A stretch of 63,945 nucleotides of DNA, counting the filler, from Bipalium vagum (lineage: Eukaryota), in NCBI GenBank assembly GCA_037834085.1. It is 4 parts of 4 records of this genome, joined end to end, with 100 filler letters (N's around TTAATTAATTAA, not from the genome) between each part and the next. Parts side by side here need not be neighbours in the genome. Positions count along the whole stretch, not along the records: positions 16,214 to 32,033 come from JBBMKC010143833.1; positions 32,134 to 48,182 come from JBBMKC010130096.1; 2 more parts are not named here. One strand, 5' to 3'. This document shows, one piece after another, positions 23,600 through 37,032 of the stretch; position 1 is the first letter of the stretch, and each line of letters begins with the position of its first letter. Position numbers and translations under genes: made by a program. A model generated the notes under the pieces. That model was not told the DNA's origin. It saw only the letters and a program-made list of their open reading frames with translations, and made no database searches.

Positions 23600-23950
23600 G
23601 TTCACAAATTCATTCATCAATTGGTATTTCTTCTAATGAAATAAGTAAAAATTCTGAAAAACTATAGACTGAAACAAATCGATAAAATTTCTACTCTTTT
23701 TCAATTATCCTTTAAACCAAAAGACCAGCAAAGTTGGCAGGAGACAAAGCGTCCTTTTCATATTGGTGATAGATTTCGAATTTTTAAGTATGAAAATAAA
23801 TTCGAAAAAGGTTATACAGCAAAATAGAGTGATGAACTTTCTATTATTCATGAAATTTATTATACAAATGCAATTGTTTATGGAATAATAGATTTAAAAG
23901 GAGAAAAGATTTTAGAACGCTTTTATGAGTGAGTTACAAAAACCATTATT
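23600..23950 (+). mobile_element. Second Polinton/Maverick integrase C-terminal relic
   Basis: IHSSIGISSNE...PFHIGDRFRIFKYENKFEKGYTAK*SDELSIIHEIYYTNAIVYGIIDLKGEKILERFYE. Confidence 0.85.
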
Positions 23951-24899
23951 TTAGTAACAGTGTGCGCAGGATGGATTTTTTTCATCAAACCATCCTTATT
24001 ATTCTAATTTATTTTTATCTTTTGAAATCAACTTTTTTGATAATGTTATTTAAAGGTTAGTTTTAGTTTTGATTATAATTAACCTGAGAATGTAAAACCT
24101 TTAAAATAGAAATGAAAAGGTTAAAAATAATTAAAATCTTTTGTTAAGTATCACCATACTAACTGGTAATGATTATAAATAAGGATGACAATAAGATTAA
24201 AATTTAATCATCTTGTAATAAAAAATAACATCAAAGCATATTTTTGGAACAGTGCTGTTCCTGAAAATTTCTATTTAAAGAATTTTTACGTTCATAATTT
24301 ATTTATCTTCTTTTTAAAATGACTGAAGCTGGAAAGTTTTTTTAATTTATTGGAAAATATTCCAAAGCAGAACTATCTTTTGCTGCTAGTTATTTTTCTG
24401 ACCAAGATATAAATGTTTTCCTTAAACTTCGTGAACAATTAGAGAAAAATATTCAACAAGATCATTCAAATTTCTCGAAGTTTGATAAACAATCACAGAA
24501 AAGAGCATCTTCTGATTCTATGTTTGCAACAATTATTGTACAAATAAAAAGAGAGCTTACAATATATGAAAGAACAGAAAATATGGACAATATTTCTCTT
24601 TCTTTTGATACATGTTCATACTATTCAATTTTTTAAATGAACAAAATTATCGATCTTCATTCCAAACTAATTTCAGTTGGGTTGGCTGCAAACCATATTA
24701 GATTATTAACATTTTTTAACGTGGTAAGCTTTATCATCAATTGAAGACTACAAAATTTGTGAATTCATGGAATGAAGTATGTTCTTCTCAGAAAATAAAC
24801 TACAAAATATTATTGAAATTGGTAAGCCAAAACATATTACATTTAATGGAGAAAATATTACCTTTCCAACAAAAATTAATTACTGAAATTAAGGAACTG

Positions 24900-25331
24900 A
24901 TTAATAATCAAACTGAAGAACAAAAATCAGGTGCAATTATTCCATTGATACCAATAATTGGAGCAGTATTTGCAGGTTTAGGAGCAGCTGGTGAAGTTGC
25001 TGGAGGAATTGTAAGAACTATTTATAAACCAAAAAAAGAAGCAGCAAAAAATAATGCAGAAAAGGAAAAAATATAATTAGAGAAAAAGAAATTACAAGTT
25101 CAAGTTTAAAAACTAAACCCACAAGAAACATTTACAGTTGAAGCTGGACTTTGCGGAACAGCCGCTGCAAGCACCGGTGGTGGCTTATATTTTGATTATT
25201 TTTATCTGATTATCCATTAATTACTAATTATCAAAACACAAATCAAAAAGAAATTCATTGGATTGGATATTATAAAACTTTTTACTTTGATTCTAATGGT
25301 TTACCATCACTTGAAAACATGTTAAAGAATA
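24900..25331 (+). mobile_element. Polinton/adintovirus morphogenesis relic: GG-rich amphipathic (pVI-like) protein and adenain-like cysteine protease
   Basis: KSGAIIPLIPIIGAVFAGLGAAGEVAGGIVRTI; TGGGLYF; ITNYQNTNQKEIHWIGYYKTFYFDSNGLPSLE (HW...YFDSxGL protease motif), cut by the Tc1 insertion. Confidence 0.75.
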
Positions 25332-25333
25332 TA

Positions 25334-26530
25334 CAATCCCCGCCAAAAGTCATTGGTCACTCTTAAAATTTTAGAAAAAAGCATTTATATGATTCTAGTC
25401 ATTAATATTTATTAAGGACAAATATAAAGAACGTTAACGACATTAGAAATAAGTTCATAAGAACATTTATAATTATATTTTAATAATTTATATGATGTCC
25501 ACGGGCTGAAATGACAGCTTGGATGCCATTGGGCATAGAATCAATCAGCGTTCTACAATATTCTGCTGTTATCTCAAGTATCGATACTTGCCTGATTGCT
25601 TCTTTGAGTTGTACCAATGAAGTTGGGTGTTTACTTGCCACTTTTTTCTTAAGTAAGACCCAAACATTTTCTATAGGGTTTTGATCGGGAGAAGAACCAG
25701 GCCATGGTGATAGAACATCAAAGAATTGGATATCAAACCACCACATAAACTTCTTCGCACGATGACACGGAGCCCCATCCTGCTGAGAAACACTTGTTTT
25801 GTGCACCATCATTCACTGCGGTAGTATATCTTGTAACAATTGTAAATAGTTGTCAGCTTTCATGGTTTCATTTTGTGGGACAATATGAAAGCCTCCACAC
25901 CCTGCTGCAGATATGCTCCCCCAAACCATGACCTTAGGAGAATTTTTGACGGTTGTAACCACATATTTGGGATTGTATCTCTGTCCAATAGGTGGACGAA
26001 CATGCTGACAGTAGCTGTTGAACTGAGATATCATTGTTTCGTCGCTGAACTGCACCTTTTGCCATTCATCTACTCCCCAGTGGGCATGAGCTTTAGCAAA
26101 TGATAAGCGATCACTAATATTTTTAGGAGATAACAATGGTTTTTTGGAAGGTAGACAGCATTTTAGACCACTTTCATACTGCAAGCGACCCTGAATGGTA
26201 CGAACACTATGAGCATGTGGAATTTGCGAGAGGGATGATTGTATATAAGATGCTGTAGTAGTAGGATCGATTACAACTGATCCGCGGATGACTCTGTCTG
26301 TCTGCTTGCTTGTCACACGAGGTCTTCCAGATCGTTGCAGTGAGTGAAAGCGGTCAGTAGTACCGTAATGACAGACATCCTTCTGCAAGGTATAGCCAAC
26401 AGTAGATCGCGGAATTTGGAGTTGAATAGAAATATCGCGATTTGATAATCCTATCTCATGCAGGGCAATGATGTGTGCCCGTTTTTCTGGCAATAATTCC
26501 TTACCTGGCATATTTATATTTCTCTACAAA
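25334..26530 (-). mobile_element. Nearly intact Tc1-family element with DD35E triad
   Basis: TA + TIR CAATCCCCGCCAAAAGTCATTGG at 25334; transposase 26511-25480 (343 codons) broken by one in-frame TGA at 25813-25815; RSGRPRVTS, FSDET, QQDGAPCH(35 aa)E in WPGSSPDQNPIENVW; other TIR missing. Confidence 0.93.
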
Positions 26531-26559
26531 ATATATTAAATTATTAATCAAAATTATAT

Positions 26560-27070
26560 CATTGCCCACCTTTTTTCAAGAATATTAACCCAAACATATA
26601 TTTAATGCAAATGAGACTGGTTTATTTTATCGTTTATTGCCTCATGAAACACTGTCTTTTAAAGGTAAATCGCACCATGGGAGGTAATTGTGTAAAGAGC
26701 GTATTACAGTACTTTTATGTACGAATATGGCGGGAACATATAAGATGAAACATTATATTATTAGTAAATCGGCTCACCCAAGATGTTTTAAGTATGTTAA
26801 AACATTGCCATTGGATTATAAGACAAATAAACGAACCTGGAAGAAATCCGAATTATTTAATGAATGGCTAATTTTCTGTGACAAAATAATACAAAAGGAA
26901 AATCGAAAAATTCTCATGCTCTTTGATAACTGTGGTGCTCACAATGTTAAAGTCAGGCTTGAAAATATCAGGATAATGTTCTTATCACCGAATACAATGG
27001 CCAAACTGCAGCCACTTGATCAAGGTATTATTTGAAATTTTAGAGTATTTTACCGTAATTTTCTAGTATT
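26560..27070 (+). mobile_element. Tigger-like pogo DDE fragment
   Basis: IFNANETGLFYRLLP, KERITVLLCTNMAG, LFDNCGAH, SPNTMAKLQPLDQGII. Confidence 0.9.
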
Positions 27071-27811
27071 GTATTTATTTTTACAATATTAAATCGAGAC
27101 ATTTTTTAAAAATAAAATTTTTAATATTTGGATTTTTTTGTTTATGATCATGTTTAATAAATAAATCATTACTTAAACCTTTTAAAGCTACCAACTATCC
27201 AGACAACATATGTTAATAATTTAAACTCAAATGATATATGAGAAACAAAAATTTTGATAACAAGTTTTGTAATCTTCCTTAAAATTCATGAAACTTCCTT
27301 TTTAATTGATTATTATAAATGCTTATTTTTTTATTATTTCTGTTTACCAATTTTGATTTACAAGTGTGAAATTAAAATTTTAACTTTTTATATAGGGGAA
27401 AATTGTAAAATATTTTTTGTTACAATACTCTGTAATGTGGAGCATTATTTTATATATGAGCATAAATGATATTTTCATTTCAAGATTGTTTTCTTAACAA
27501 TCTTATTTTGTTTATTTAAACTAAATATATTTAACTTTATAAATATTAGCTTATAAATTCAAATTTATTTTATTGTTTACATATTTTTTATTGAAAAATA
27601 GTACATTATCCATATCTATTTAATAATAAAGCCACAAAAAATTTAAGAAAAATATTTGAAAATTAATTTTATACTACTGATTGTTAATATCCTCGAGATT
27701 TAAATATCTCTAAACTTAAAAATTATTCTTAAATTTCTTTTTGGTAATTTTGAATGATAAGAATGTTCATTTTAGAAGCAGATTTGTTTTTTCATTCAAT
27801 AACAACCAGTT

Positions 27812-28333
27812 ATGTCACAAATTAATGCAAACTTTCAAGACTTAATATCAACCAACAACAACAATAATTCTTCTAATAACCTTGAAAATGTTACTGGAAC
27901 GACTCTAATAACTTCCGAAGCTTTGCAGCAATTTTCCATGGCAAATCAATTTGCCATTTGTGCTAATTCCGGCAGTGGACCCGTTATATTGTCTTGTCTG
28001 ACTCCTATGCTTTTACCCACCCTTGCTTCAACATCGAAAGGTAATTTTGATCTCTCTAACCAAGACAATCGAGGACAAAACTCAAATCACGCCATCGTCC
28101 AACCGCAGACCGTTCAAATTCAACTTGCCAGCCCATTCAATTTGACCAATAATGTATGCAGCCCGAATACTGTACAATCCTTGCCGTCTCTCGGGCTGTC
28201 CTACATAAACCTGTCTTCACTTGGGAACGCAGGAAACGCGTTTCCCATACAAATCACGCTAAGTAATCCCAATAACAACCAGCCGATCACCATACCGACT
28301 GCAACCCTTAACAATCTAAATCAGGAGCTGCAG
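27812..28333 (+). CDS. Host coding exon, Q/N/S/T/P-rich low-complexity N-terminal domain; candidate upstream exon of the RBMS-family gene
   Basis: 174 open codons with higher GC than flanks, upstream TTTTAG acceptor (27775), CAG|GTAAAA donor in phase 0 at 28333/28334. Confidence 0.7.
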
Positions 28334-28869
28334 GTAAAAAATATTTTGAATATTTTCCGCAAAAAATTAATTCGTTAATTTTTCTGGAGATGTCTGTATG
28401 AATTAAAGATATCAAAAGTAATTTATTAAACTAATTATTAATGCATAATTGAGTTTTATATTTTGAATTAAATCAATATATTTTAAAAATTCAATATTTC
28501 AATATTAATTACTTTTGAAGTAATAATAATAAACGTCGAATCTCTCCTTTAGATTATTTGAAAATGAAATTCGAATAAATTATTGAAGGTCAAATTTTTG
28601 TTTTAAGGCATATATCTGATATTTAATAAATCCTAGTTAAAGAAGAAAAATGTATATTATTTTTATTTGAACCAAATTTTTTTTCCAATTGCCAAATGAT
28701 GCTTCTGTTGTTAAAAGTTTGAGAATACCGAAGTACAAACAGAGAATTGCAGGCAAATACTATCAATAAAAAACGATACTGTTTTTTATTAAGGTTTTAA
28801 ATTAAGTTTAAAATAAATTATAATTATCTGGTAAAAGTTATTATTTACAAATATTAGTCATTTCTTGTG

Positions 28870-29160
28870 CGAAAAATGCGAACTCGTGAGATTATTTCCA
28901 TCTCTAAATGTAGTTTCCATACGGTTTGAACCTTCCAAGAGATCTACCTGGTCTATTATTTAAATCGCTTGAATCTGAAATAAACCATTATTGAAGGGCA
29001 AGGCATAATCTTTGAAATTGACGAAATCAAATTGAGAAGAAGTTATAACCATGTAGAAAGAGTTTGGATTTTAGTTTGAGTGGAGCATACCCCTCAAAAA
29101 CGTTTTCTTGGTCAATGTCTCTGATACTCATAAACAAACAACATTGTCAATCACATTGAA
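28870..29160 (+). mobile_element. Merlin/ISXO2-like transposase remnant
   Basis: IIEGQGIIFEIDEIKLRRSYNHVERVWILV*VEHTPQKRFL resembles IGGPGxxVEIDESK..KYNRG..V.GVWV.G.VERT. Confidence 0.7.
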
Positions 29161-29708
29161 ACAAAAGCCCATCTGAAATATCATTGGGAAAATAATGGAA
29201 TGTCAATGGCTGATAAAGACGGTCATCTCTCAAATTATGAGTGTTAAAGGTGATTGAAGAGGACAAAAAACCATTTCATTTAAGAATTATTAAGTTCAAT
29301 GGTTGTGGAAGAACTAATAATAAATTCTTTATTGAGTATTTTGTTAAATTGTAGTTTAATGTCTCTTTATAAGCTCGGGAATTACTTTTATGTACATTAT
29401 AAATATTTTATTGAATTTCCATTTTTTATAGATATACTCTTCAAAACTAACTCATATATAGACGTAACAATGGTTAATCATTTTTAATTGTTATATAAGT
29501 TTTAGAAGAAAAATTACATGAATTAAAGATTTAAAATCAAAATGTAATTTAAATCAATTATAATACCAGAAAACAAGTGTGAGATCAATGATTGGATTTT
29601 GTAAAATTCAATAAAAATATTTTTATTTATTTGAATGGTTAATAATTCGAAACATTTTAATTTACAGTTATTATTTCTTCATTTCATCATTTTCTCATTA
29701 CTGATGTT

Positions 29709-30480
29709 ATCAGGTTGTTCCACACGACATGGTGGTTTTTAAAGTGTAACTAAACTAAATCAACAATACCTATGAAAAATATTTATTTTTCAAAATATTT
29801 TCTATTGTTCTCAATATACTTCTGATATCGGGACAATGAATCATAAATTCCCTTTTCATAGAAATTATGATTTGGGGACTTAAAAATCTGAATGATATTT
29901 TGAACGTCACCTTGATTCCGAAATATTTTATTGGTCAGAAATGTGTTCACATATTTGAACATATGATAATCTGATAAGTCCGGTGAATAAGCTGGGAAAA
30001 GTAAAACTTCGTAGATCATATTATGTAATTGTTGTGATGTTAATTTCGAAACATGTGGCCTTGCATTATCGTGAAGAAAAAAAGGTCCCTTTCTATTAAA
30101 TGTAACGCTTGATTCTTAAGCAACTTCTGGTTTGTTACTTCGATTTCGTTGCATGGTGGTTGAGTTGTGATAGATTCACCAAGTTTTAAAAATTGACAGT
30201 GGATTAATCCATCCGCAGACCACTAACCTTGATTATAATATTCTTTTCGTTTAAGTTTTCATTAGGCTCATTTTTAGGATTTTCATTCGCATCCAATCAT
30301 TGTACTATTCTTCGCCGATTGTCATACAAGACCCACTTTTAATCACAGATTGAAATTCAATAAAAATAGTTTATTTTGGTTCCGAATAATCAAAGAAGAA
30401 CAAATTTCGAATCTTCTACTTTCATGGTTATCAATTAATTGGTGTCGTTATGAGTTTTTCCAATAAACACTGATGATAGA
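29709..30480 (-). mobile_element. Decayed mariner
   Basis: HDNARPHV, PAYSPDLSDYHMF, SADGLIH; TIR-like TATCAGGTTGTTCCACACG at 29709. Confidence 0.85.
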
Positions 30481-32033
30481 TATACGGTAATGATCATTTT
30501 TCAAGACAATTGTTATTGTATAGAAAGATTTATTTTTTAAGAAAAATGTAAAATTTGAATACATTTTTTTCCTGAACAACAAATTATTTTATGTAAAAAG
30601 AATCTGTTTTGAGAATAAAAACAGTCCTTAATTAAGATCCCCTCATTCACGTACACATTAGGATTCAAGGAAAGTTATAATAAAACGAACTAAATTAAAA
30701 ATATTTTCATAAAGTTTTGAGAATTAATAAAAATAAATGCGATTAAATGTGATTGGTAAATAGAAAATCAATTTGTAAATTTATTAAAAAATAAAGTTCT
30801 TTAAGAGAACATAAAAGATGAATAGATAATAATAAAAGGGGTGAATAAATTAATTATTTAAATGTCAATTAACGGAGAATATTTTATCTGATAATTTTGC
30901 TGATGGGTTTACCGGATAAAACTTTCACTTATTTTTGCTTAGAAAAGCTGAGAGGACCTGTTTTTTTAACATGGTTCTAATAAAGGGTTTCATAATTCAC
31001 TGAAATCAAAATCGAGTTAGAGCTTTGGATAGTAGAAAAGAAGACAGCTCTTTGTAAAAATTTACTCAGAACTTATATTAATAAATAATAAATAATAACG
31101 GTAGTAATAAATTAATAATTATAATTATTAATAATAATAATTATAATTAATAAAAAAATAATAATAATAATAATAAAAGATCATAATCTTACTTTCAGTC
31201 AATCTCCTTTGTATGTCTGGCTTGAAATCTTAATAATCTTTTGGTCTATTTCAAACCTTTCCAAGTGAAATATCTTCTTTTTCTTCAATCAATTTAACAA
31301 TTTTCATTTTTCTCTTCGATGTTGTTGCCTTGCTAAGTCTCACTTCTCGTTCATTACTTAAAGTATTTTTACGTTACTACTGAAAATCCTTTCCGTAGCA
31401 TGTTAACAATTTCTCAATTATCTGCTACTGAGTGTCCTGACACATGCAATGGTGACTTAGCTGAAAAAAACTTCACTTCGTTTTTATTGATTTCCTTAAG
31501 CTATGAAAATCAATTTTTCAGACATCGTATAGACCAAAATATAATAATATCTCATGACCTTTCTGCAACTGCACTAACCTAAAAACAGTTTTTAAAATCA
31601 TCTTGTTCCTTTTATTGATACATAGACTAAATATTGACATCGGCGTAAATAATACCGTTTTAATTCATCAAAAGAAAAAAGTCGATTTGTGAATGGTACA
31701 AGAAAAACAAGATCAATTTATAACTTCAGCTTTAGCTAAGAAGGATTTATTTCGAAATGAAATCGGAAAAAATAATCTTTTGTTATTGTAAAAAAGTTGA
31801 GGTCGTCAAATAAAATCCTTAAAATCGATTTTAATTTTTCAAACCCCTAAAATCGTAAGATCCACAATGTACACAATTTCATCAGTCACTAAAACAGAAA
31901 ATAAATAAAAATAATAACATTAGTCCATGCATAACATTTACAGCTGGAAATAAAGGTGTTGAGTTTACCAAGACACCCCCCGGGGAAAAATAAATAATAA
32001 AAATGATAAATAATGCATAAATACTAATGATAA

Positions 32034-32133
32034 NNNNNNNNNNNNNNNNNNNNNNNNNNNNNNNNNNNNNNNNNNNNTTAATTAATTAANNNNNNNNNNN
32101 NNNNNNNNNNNNNNNNNNNNNNNNNNNNNNNNN
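32034..32133. other. Artificial contig spacer
   Basis: 44N-TTAATTAATTAA-44N. Confidence 0.95.
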
Positions 32134-32600
32134 TCTTCTATTTTTCTCATTTTAACCTCTCTTTTCAAATTTACATTCTCCGCACAATGTAACAAGAATT
32201 CTTTCTTGAGGGCTTCTTCATTCAGATCATGTGCCAAGATTCTTTTCACCATCCTTTCAATCTTCTTACTGAATGTCTCAGCATCTTCTTAGCCTTTCTT
32301 GTATCACATCTTCTAATATCATTATCTTCTAAGTCTTTTATTAAAGACTTTGGTTTACCAATGCTTTTCGAAGCCTATCCTCGAATCCACTGACTTTTTT
32401 CCCGTTTTTTCATAGATATCGATGAGATCTCTGTCCAATAAGGCTTTTACCATGAATTCCCTTGTCTTTTTGTCCATTTTAGAAGCGTTGAAAAATCTCA
32501 CACAGTCTGCAATAAACTCTTCCAGATTGTCATTTTTCCTAAATGTCTCCGGCATTAATCTGCTTAATAACAGATCCGTAGTTGGTGTGGTCGCCATGTT
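32134..32600 (-). mobile_element. Gypsy gag N-terminal remnant
   Basis: MATTPTTDLLLSRLMPETFRKNDNLEEFIADCVRFF (PxxF..xxxEFxxxxxRFF gag start pattern), truncated at the spacer. Confidence 0.55.
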
Positions 32601-33630
32601 AGCTACAGCTATTTCATTTTTAATATCTGAAATCATAAAAAATAAATACGCTTTCAAAATATATTTCAAAACAACTTATCTGCCGTCAACCGTATTATTT
32701 AAACAACAAATGATTTTTTAATTGATTAATTAATATTTTTAATAATCCTCACAATGTACCTGTCAGTCGCTGATTATAGTAACTAATTCTTAAAGTTTAT
32801 ATTATCTGATAGATCACATTTTTATATGCTATTGAAACAAGTATGGCTTATGGGTAACGAGAAACTACATATAAGTTTTTTCTGTTGCTTTAAGGAAAAA
32901 AAAGAAAAAACCCTATCTTATCATACATTGTAAAATTGACACTACAATTGGTAGCATAAAAATTTCCATCTTTAGGCTCATTTCATAAATGTTTTCCTGG
33001 AAATTTTGGAGGTTGAAATTTGTTTTGGTTTAACAGAAATGTGTCGAATTAAAAGACTGTTTCATGATGATTAATAAATGTTTTAACGGAGTTGCAAATT
33101 TTGAAATTGAACGAATTTGGAGCAATCTAACGTTTACTGTAAACAGTCAAATAATAGACTGTAAATATAAAAAGAAAAATAAAAAATAAAATTCCAATTA
33201 TATTTTAATTTATTACTGTTAGTAATTGTAATGTCTTCACTCATAAAAAGGTGTTTTCAATAACTTTTATTTTTCTTGTTATTAAACCCTTGTCTAATTT
33301 ATCATAGACAAATTTTGAAGAGGTAAGAGGTCAGTTGATTTTCAAAGACATTAATAAAAATGAAATTCAAAATAAATTTTGTTTGATATTCTAATTAAAA
33401 GTTATCCTTATACGATTTATTGGCTTAACTTTTTAAATAAAATTTCAAGGAATTTGTGAATTTGTTTATTAGGAAAAACCTGTCAAAGTAATTCGTAAAT
33501 CAGGCAAACAATTATCAAATAATAATAACTTTCTACAATGTTTATCAGTTTAAATTATATCGTATTGTTTATATTTATATTGATAAATATTTATATAACG
33601 GACCTGTGTAAATGATTACTGAACTTGTAG

Positions 33631-33778
33631 AATGATTTCAATGGGAAATGATAGTGAAAATAACAATGAAGCATTTTGCAAAGGAATGGCGATTGCTTAT
33701 TTTATTTATGGAAGATGCTTATATTTTGGTCTCGGGGTGAAGTCAAATTTATGTTTTTCTCAATTAGTGAATAACAAA
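33631..33778 (+). other. Orphan host exon, Sel1-like repeat resembling the LRP2BP C-terminus
   Basis: TGTAG acceptor, AAA|GTTATT donor; EAFCKGMAIAYFIYGRCLYFGLGVKSN resembles recalled LRP2BP [23 protein letters not shown]. Confidence 0.6.
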
Positions 33779-34242
33779 GTTATTTTTTTTTACTATTTTA
33801 ATGATTTATATTTATTTCACATCATTTTTAATTCTCCCTTTATATTATTGCTTAAAATGATTACGACTCCGTTTTGATGATATTGACTCTTGAAATAATT
33901 CAATCAATAAAAAAATTACAAATACCTTATTATAAAATTAAGATATTCACCTTATTCCCCGTATTTTTCACCAGCACATTATCGTCTGTTCAAGCATATT
34001 ACTTGTTAATAAATTTTTCCGTGACCCAGGTATCATTGAAATGGCATACACCAGCTTTTCGATACCAGAATTCATGAGTTTTATCAAAAATGAATTACTA
34101 AATTTTTATCCAATTGAGAGGAGTACATGAAGAGAAATGAAATTTAATTTAATTTTATATGCTATAATAAAATTTTCTCTTTGTGCAAAATGTCATTATA
34201 TGTTATTGTAAATAAACGAAGACTTTTCCGACAACCTAATAT

Positions 34243-35116
34243 AGAGAGAGCGGTATTTGAGGACAAAAATTGTTAAAATATATCATGATAATTTTTTTAA
34301 TGGCACTAAAATTGATTTGCAATATTTATTGATACAACATTAAATAATTATTTTTTAATTTAGAAATGGAAGAGATAACTTTTGAATTAACACAAGAAAT
34401 TAAAAGGCATGCAATATTGTTGCATTAGCTGCCTGAAACAGTAACAGAAATTTCTTTCTTTATTAGAAAGGAATATTTGGCATCTGATCGAAATGTTTCC
34501 TCTATATCTAAAAAAAAAACACATTCCTCACGTTCAGACATTGTTAGAAATGTTAATTTTGTTCAAAAAGTCCAGGATGTTGTTTATGAAAGTCCCGGAA
34601 CATCAATGAGAAAAATTGCCCATCGACTATCAGTTTCTGAGTCAACAGTAAGACGAACGGTACACAATGATTTAAAATACATCCTACGTCATGAGAAGAG
34701 GACATTTTGTATCGGCAAAAATACAAAAATGGCTATCGCTAAATTTTAACAACCATGTTACTCCAAACTTATGGCCACCTAACTCACCTGATTTAAATCC
34801 TTTGGACTATTTCGTATGGGGCGTAGTAGAGAAAGAGACGAACAAACATCCTCATAATACCAAAAATTCGTTACGTGCTTCTATAAGTTCTGCTATGATA
34901 AATATGAACAAAAACCATTTTATCGAGGCTTGTAAGCTTTTCAGAAGCCATCTTGAAGCTGTAATTGACAGTGAAGGCGATTTTATTGAATAAATAAAAC
35001 TTTTGTACTTAAAACAAATAAAGTTTCTAATATTGCTTAAAAATATACATTTTTTCATTAAAAATATAACTTACCTTTAATATCAATTTTTGTCCTCAAA
35101 TAGCTGACGCACCTTG
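34243..35116 (+). mobile_element. Internally deleted maT (DD37D)-like element
   Basis: TIR core TATTTGAGGACAAAAATTG at both ends; SMRKIAHRLSVSESTVRR and WPPNSPDLNPLDYFVWG..FRSHLEAVIDSEGDFIE; abuts a mariner TIR at 34217-34241. Confidence 0.88.
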
Positions 35117-36539
35117 TACTTATCAAATATTTTTTATATGAATTTCTTAAAAATTATTCAATTGTAAAGACGTTTAGTATATGTTGCTAAATTTATTACA
35201 AGATCAAAAGAAAATAATACTATACAAAGTTTTTAACAAAAATATTTTAAGCTATTAACTCTTTAAAAAAGGCTTTTTGAAAAATGAAATTTAAAATTAG
35301 TGCTTATACAAATACATCTTTATTTAATAAGTATATTATGATATTCTAATTTAGATGACATAAATATTGAAAGCCAGGAATAAGAAATGCAATCAGAACC
35401 GCCCCTTAATTTTCTTATCCCAGTAAACAAAATCAAAAATATCACATTCAACCTAAAATAAAATTACGATAATTAAAAAATGAGTTGAATTAAAACAATA
35501 ATACTAATACGTATCTCCAAAAAAAAAATTTTTTTTAACTAAATTTACATTTTTAATCATCTAGTGTCAATGAATTTGGAAACTATAACTAGTAACTACA
35601 ATTTTTAATTATACTTTTAATACAATAAACGAAACTAGTAAAATGATATACGAAATCTGAACCTAACCTTTAAAAATTCTTTTAGTTTAGCGGATATAAT
35701 CAGTTACCTACTTTGTCTACTGCATCATCATACATACAAATCTTAGAAGTTCAAAATGTTTAGTTACACTCAATTCAACATTTATATTATGAAGGATTCA
35801 TTTATTTTGAAATGCATTAATTCTAATGTTTACTTTCAATAACTCCTAATTTTAATGAATCCTTTTCAAAAATAGTTCGAAATGGAAAATCGTAATTGTT
35901 ATTATTCTTTTTGATGATCCTGTACCACATACATTTCTGCTTTTTTGATTTTTACTGCATTCATTGTAGAGATGATGTTGTCACAACGATTTTCGCTTAT
36001 TTCTGCCATGTAAAATACTCGCAGTCTGACAGGTTTTTGGATGAAAGATAATTTCACTAAATTGAGATTAAAAATGTATTTTTATTAGAATTATTTTTTT
36101 AATTTTTGGTAAGAAACATGATATCTTTTCGAATAACCGAATATGTTATCTATTCAATAAATTTATAAAAATTTGGACCTGGAGTGTTAATCAGGGATGT
36201 ACATAATTTTTTTAAATTAATAACTTGATTTTAATAATATAAAAATTTTTATATAAATTTTTAGGATATACATTTGAAAACTTTCTGGGGGTTATTTTGT
36301 ATAATACCTTTTATACTTTTTAATAGGATCGGAAATATTTTCTGCTAATCTGGTCGACATTATTTTTCTTTTATAAAAATAACGAAAAACTTTTATTGAA
36401 CTTTTAACATTATAATTTTTTAACTAATTCTGAACATTCAATTGAAAAATGTTATTAAAAATGAAATATTTGAAGTGTCAATAAAATAAATAATATCTTT
36501 TATTTTATGAAGACTTATTTTGATACTATAACAGGAATA

Positions 36540-36932
36540 TTCAAAATTCAGAAAGTATTTTTAAAATATTAATGCTTGACCACATGTTTCCATGAAAACG
36601 TTGAAAAACTTAAGTGAACTGGTTATTAAAGTTTTGCAACATCCTCCATATTCATCAGACTTAGTTCCAATGGATTATCATTTTTTAAGCACTTAGATAA
36701 ATTCTCAAGTAAAAATGTTTTGCTTATCTGTCAGCTATCAAAATTGCCATCTGCGACTTTATAAATTCCAGAACGGAGAACTTCTATTTAACCGGAATTA
36801 AAAGTCCTAAATGGCAGAAATGTTTTTCATCGAATTGTGACTAATATTAGTTAATAAAACTTATTTTTGTCATGTTAATTTGGTTTTGAAAAAATACAAT
36901 TTAATCGGACATTTCATGTGGTAAAATCTAAT
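36540..36932 (+). mobile_element. Mariner C-terminal remnant
   Basis: NA*PHV, VLQHPPYSSDLVPMDYHF, terminal CGGACATTTCATGTGGTAAAATCTAATA. Confidence 0.8.
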
Positions 36933-37032
36933 ATTTTTTTCGTTGAATAATTATTTTAATAAATAAAAATGGTTACTGATTATTTCAAGATCCTGTTCAT
37001 GGAAAATGTAAATGAAATTGTAAATATAAATA

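Noticed and set aside
35690-36060. Exon-like pieces on the minus strand (also 39150-39520, 42480-42560)
   Set aside because: Plausible splice sites but no consistent frame or recognisable product
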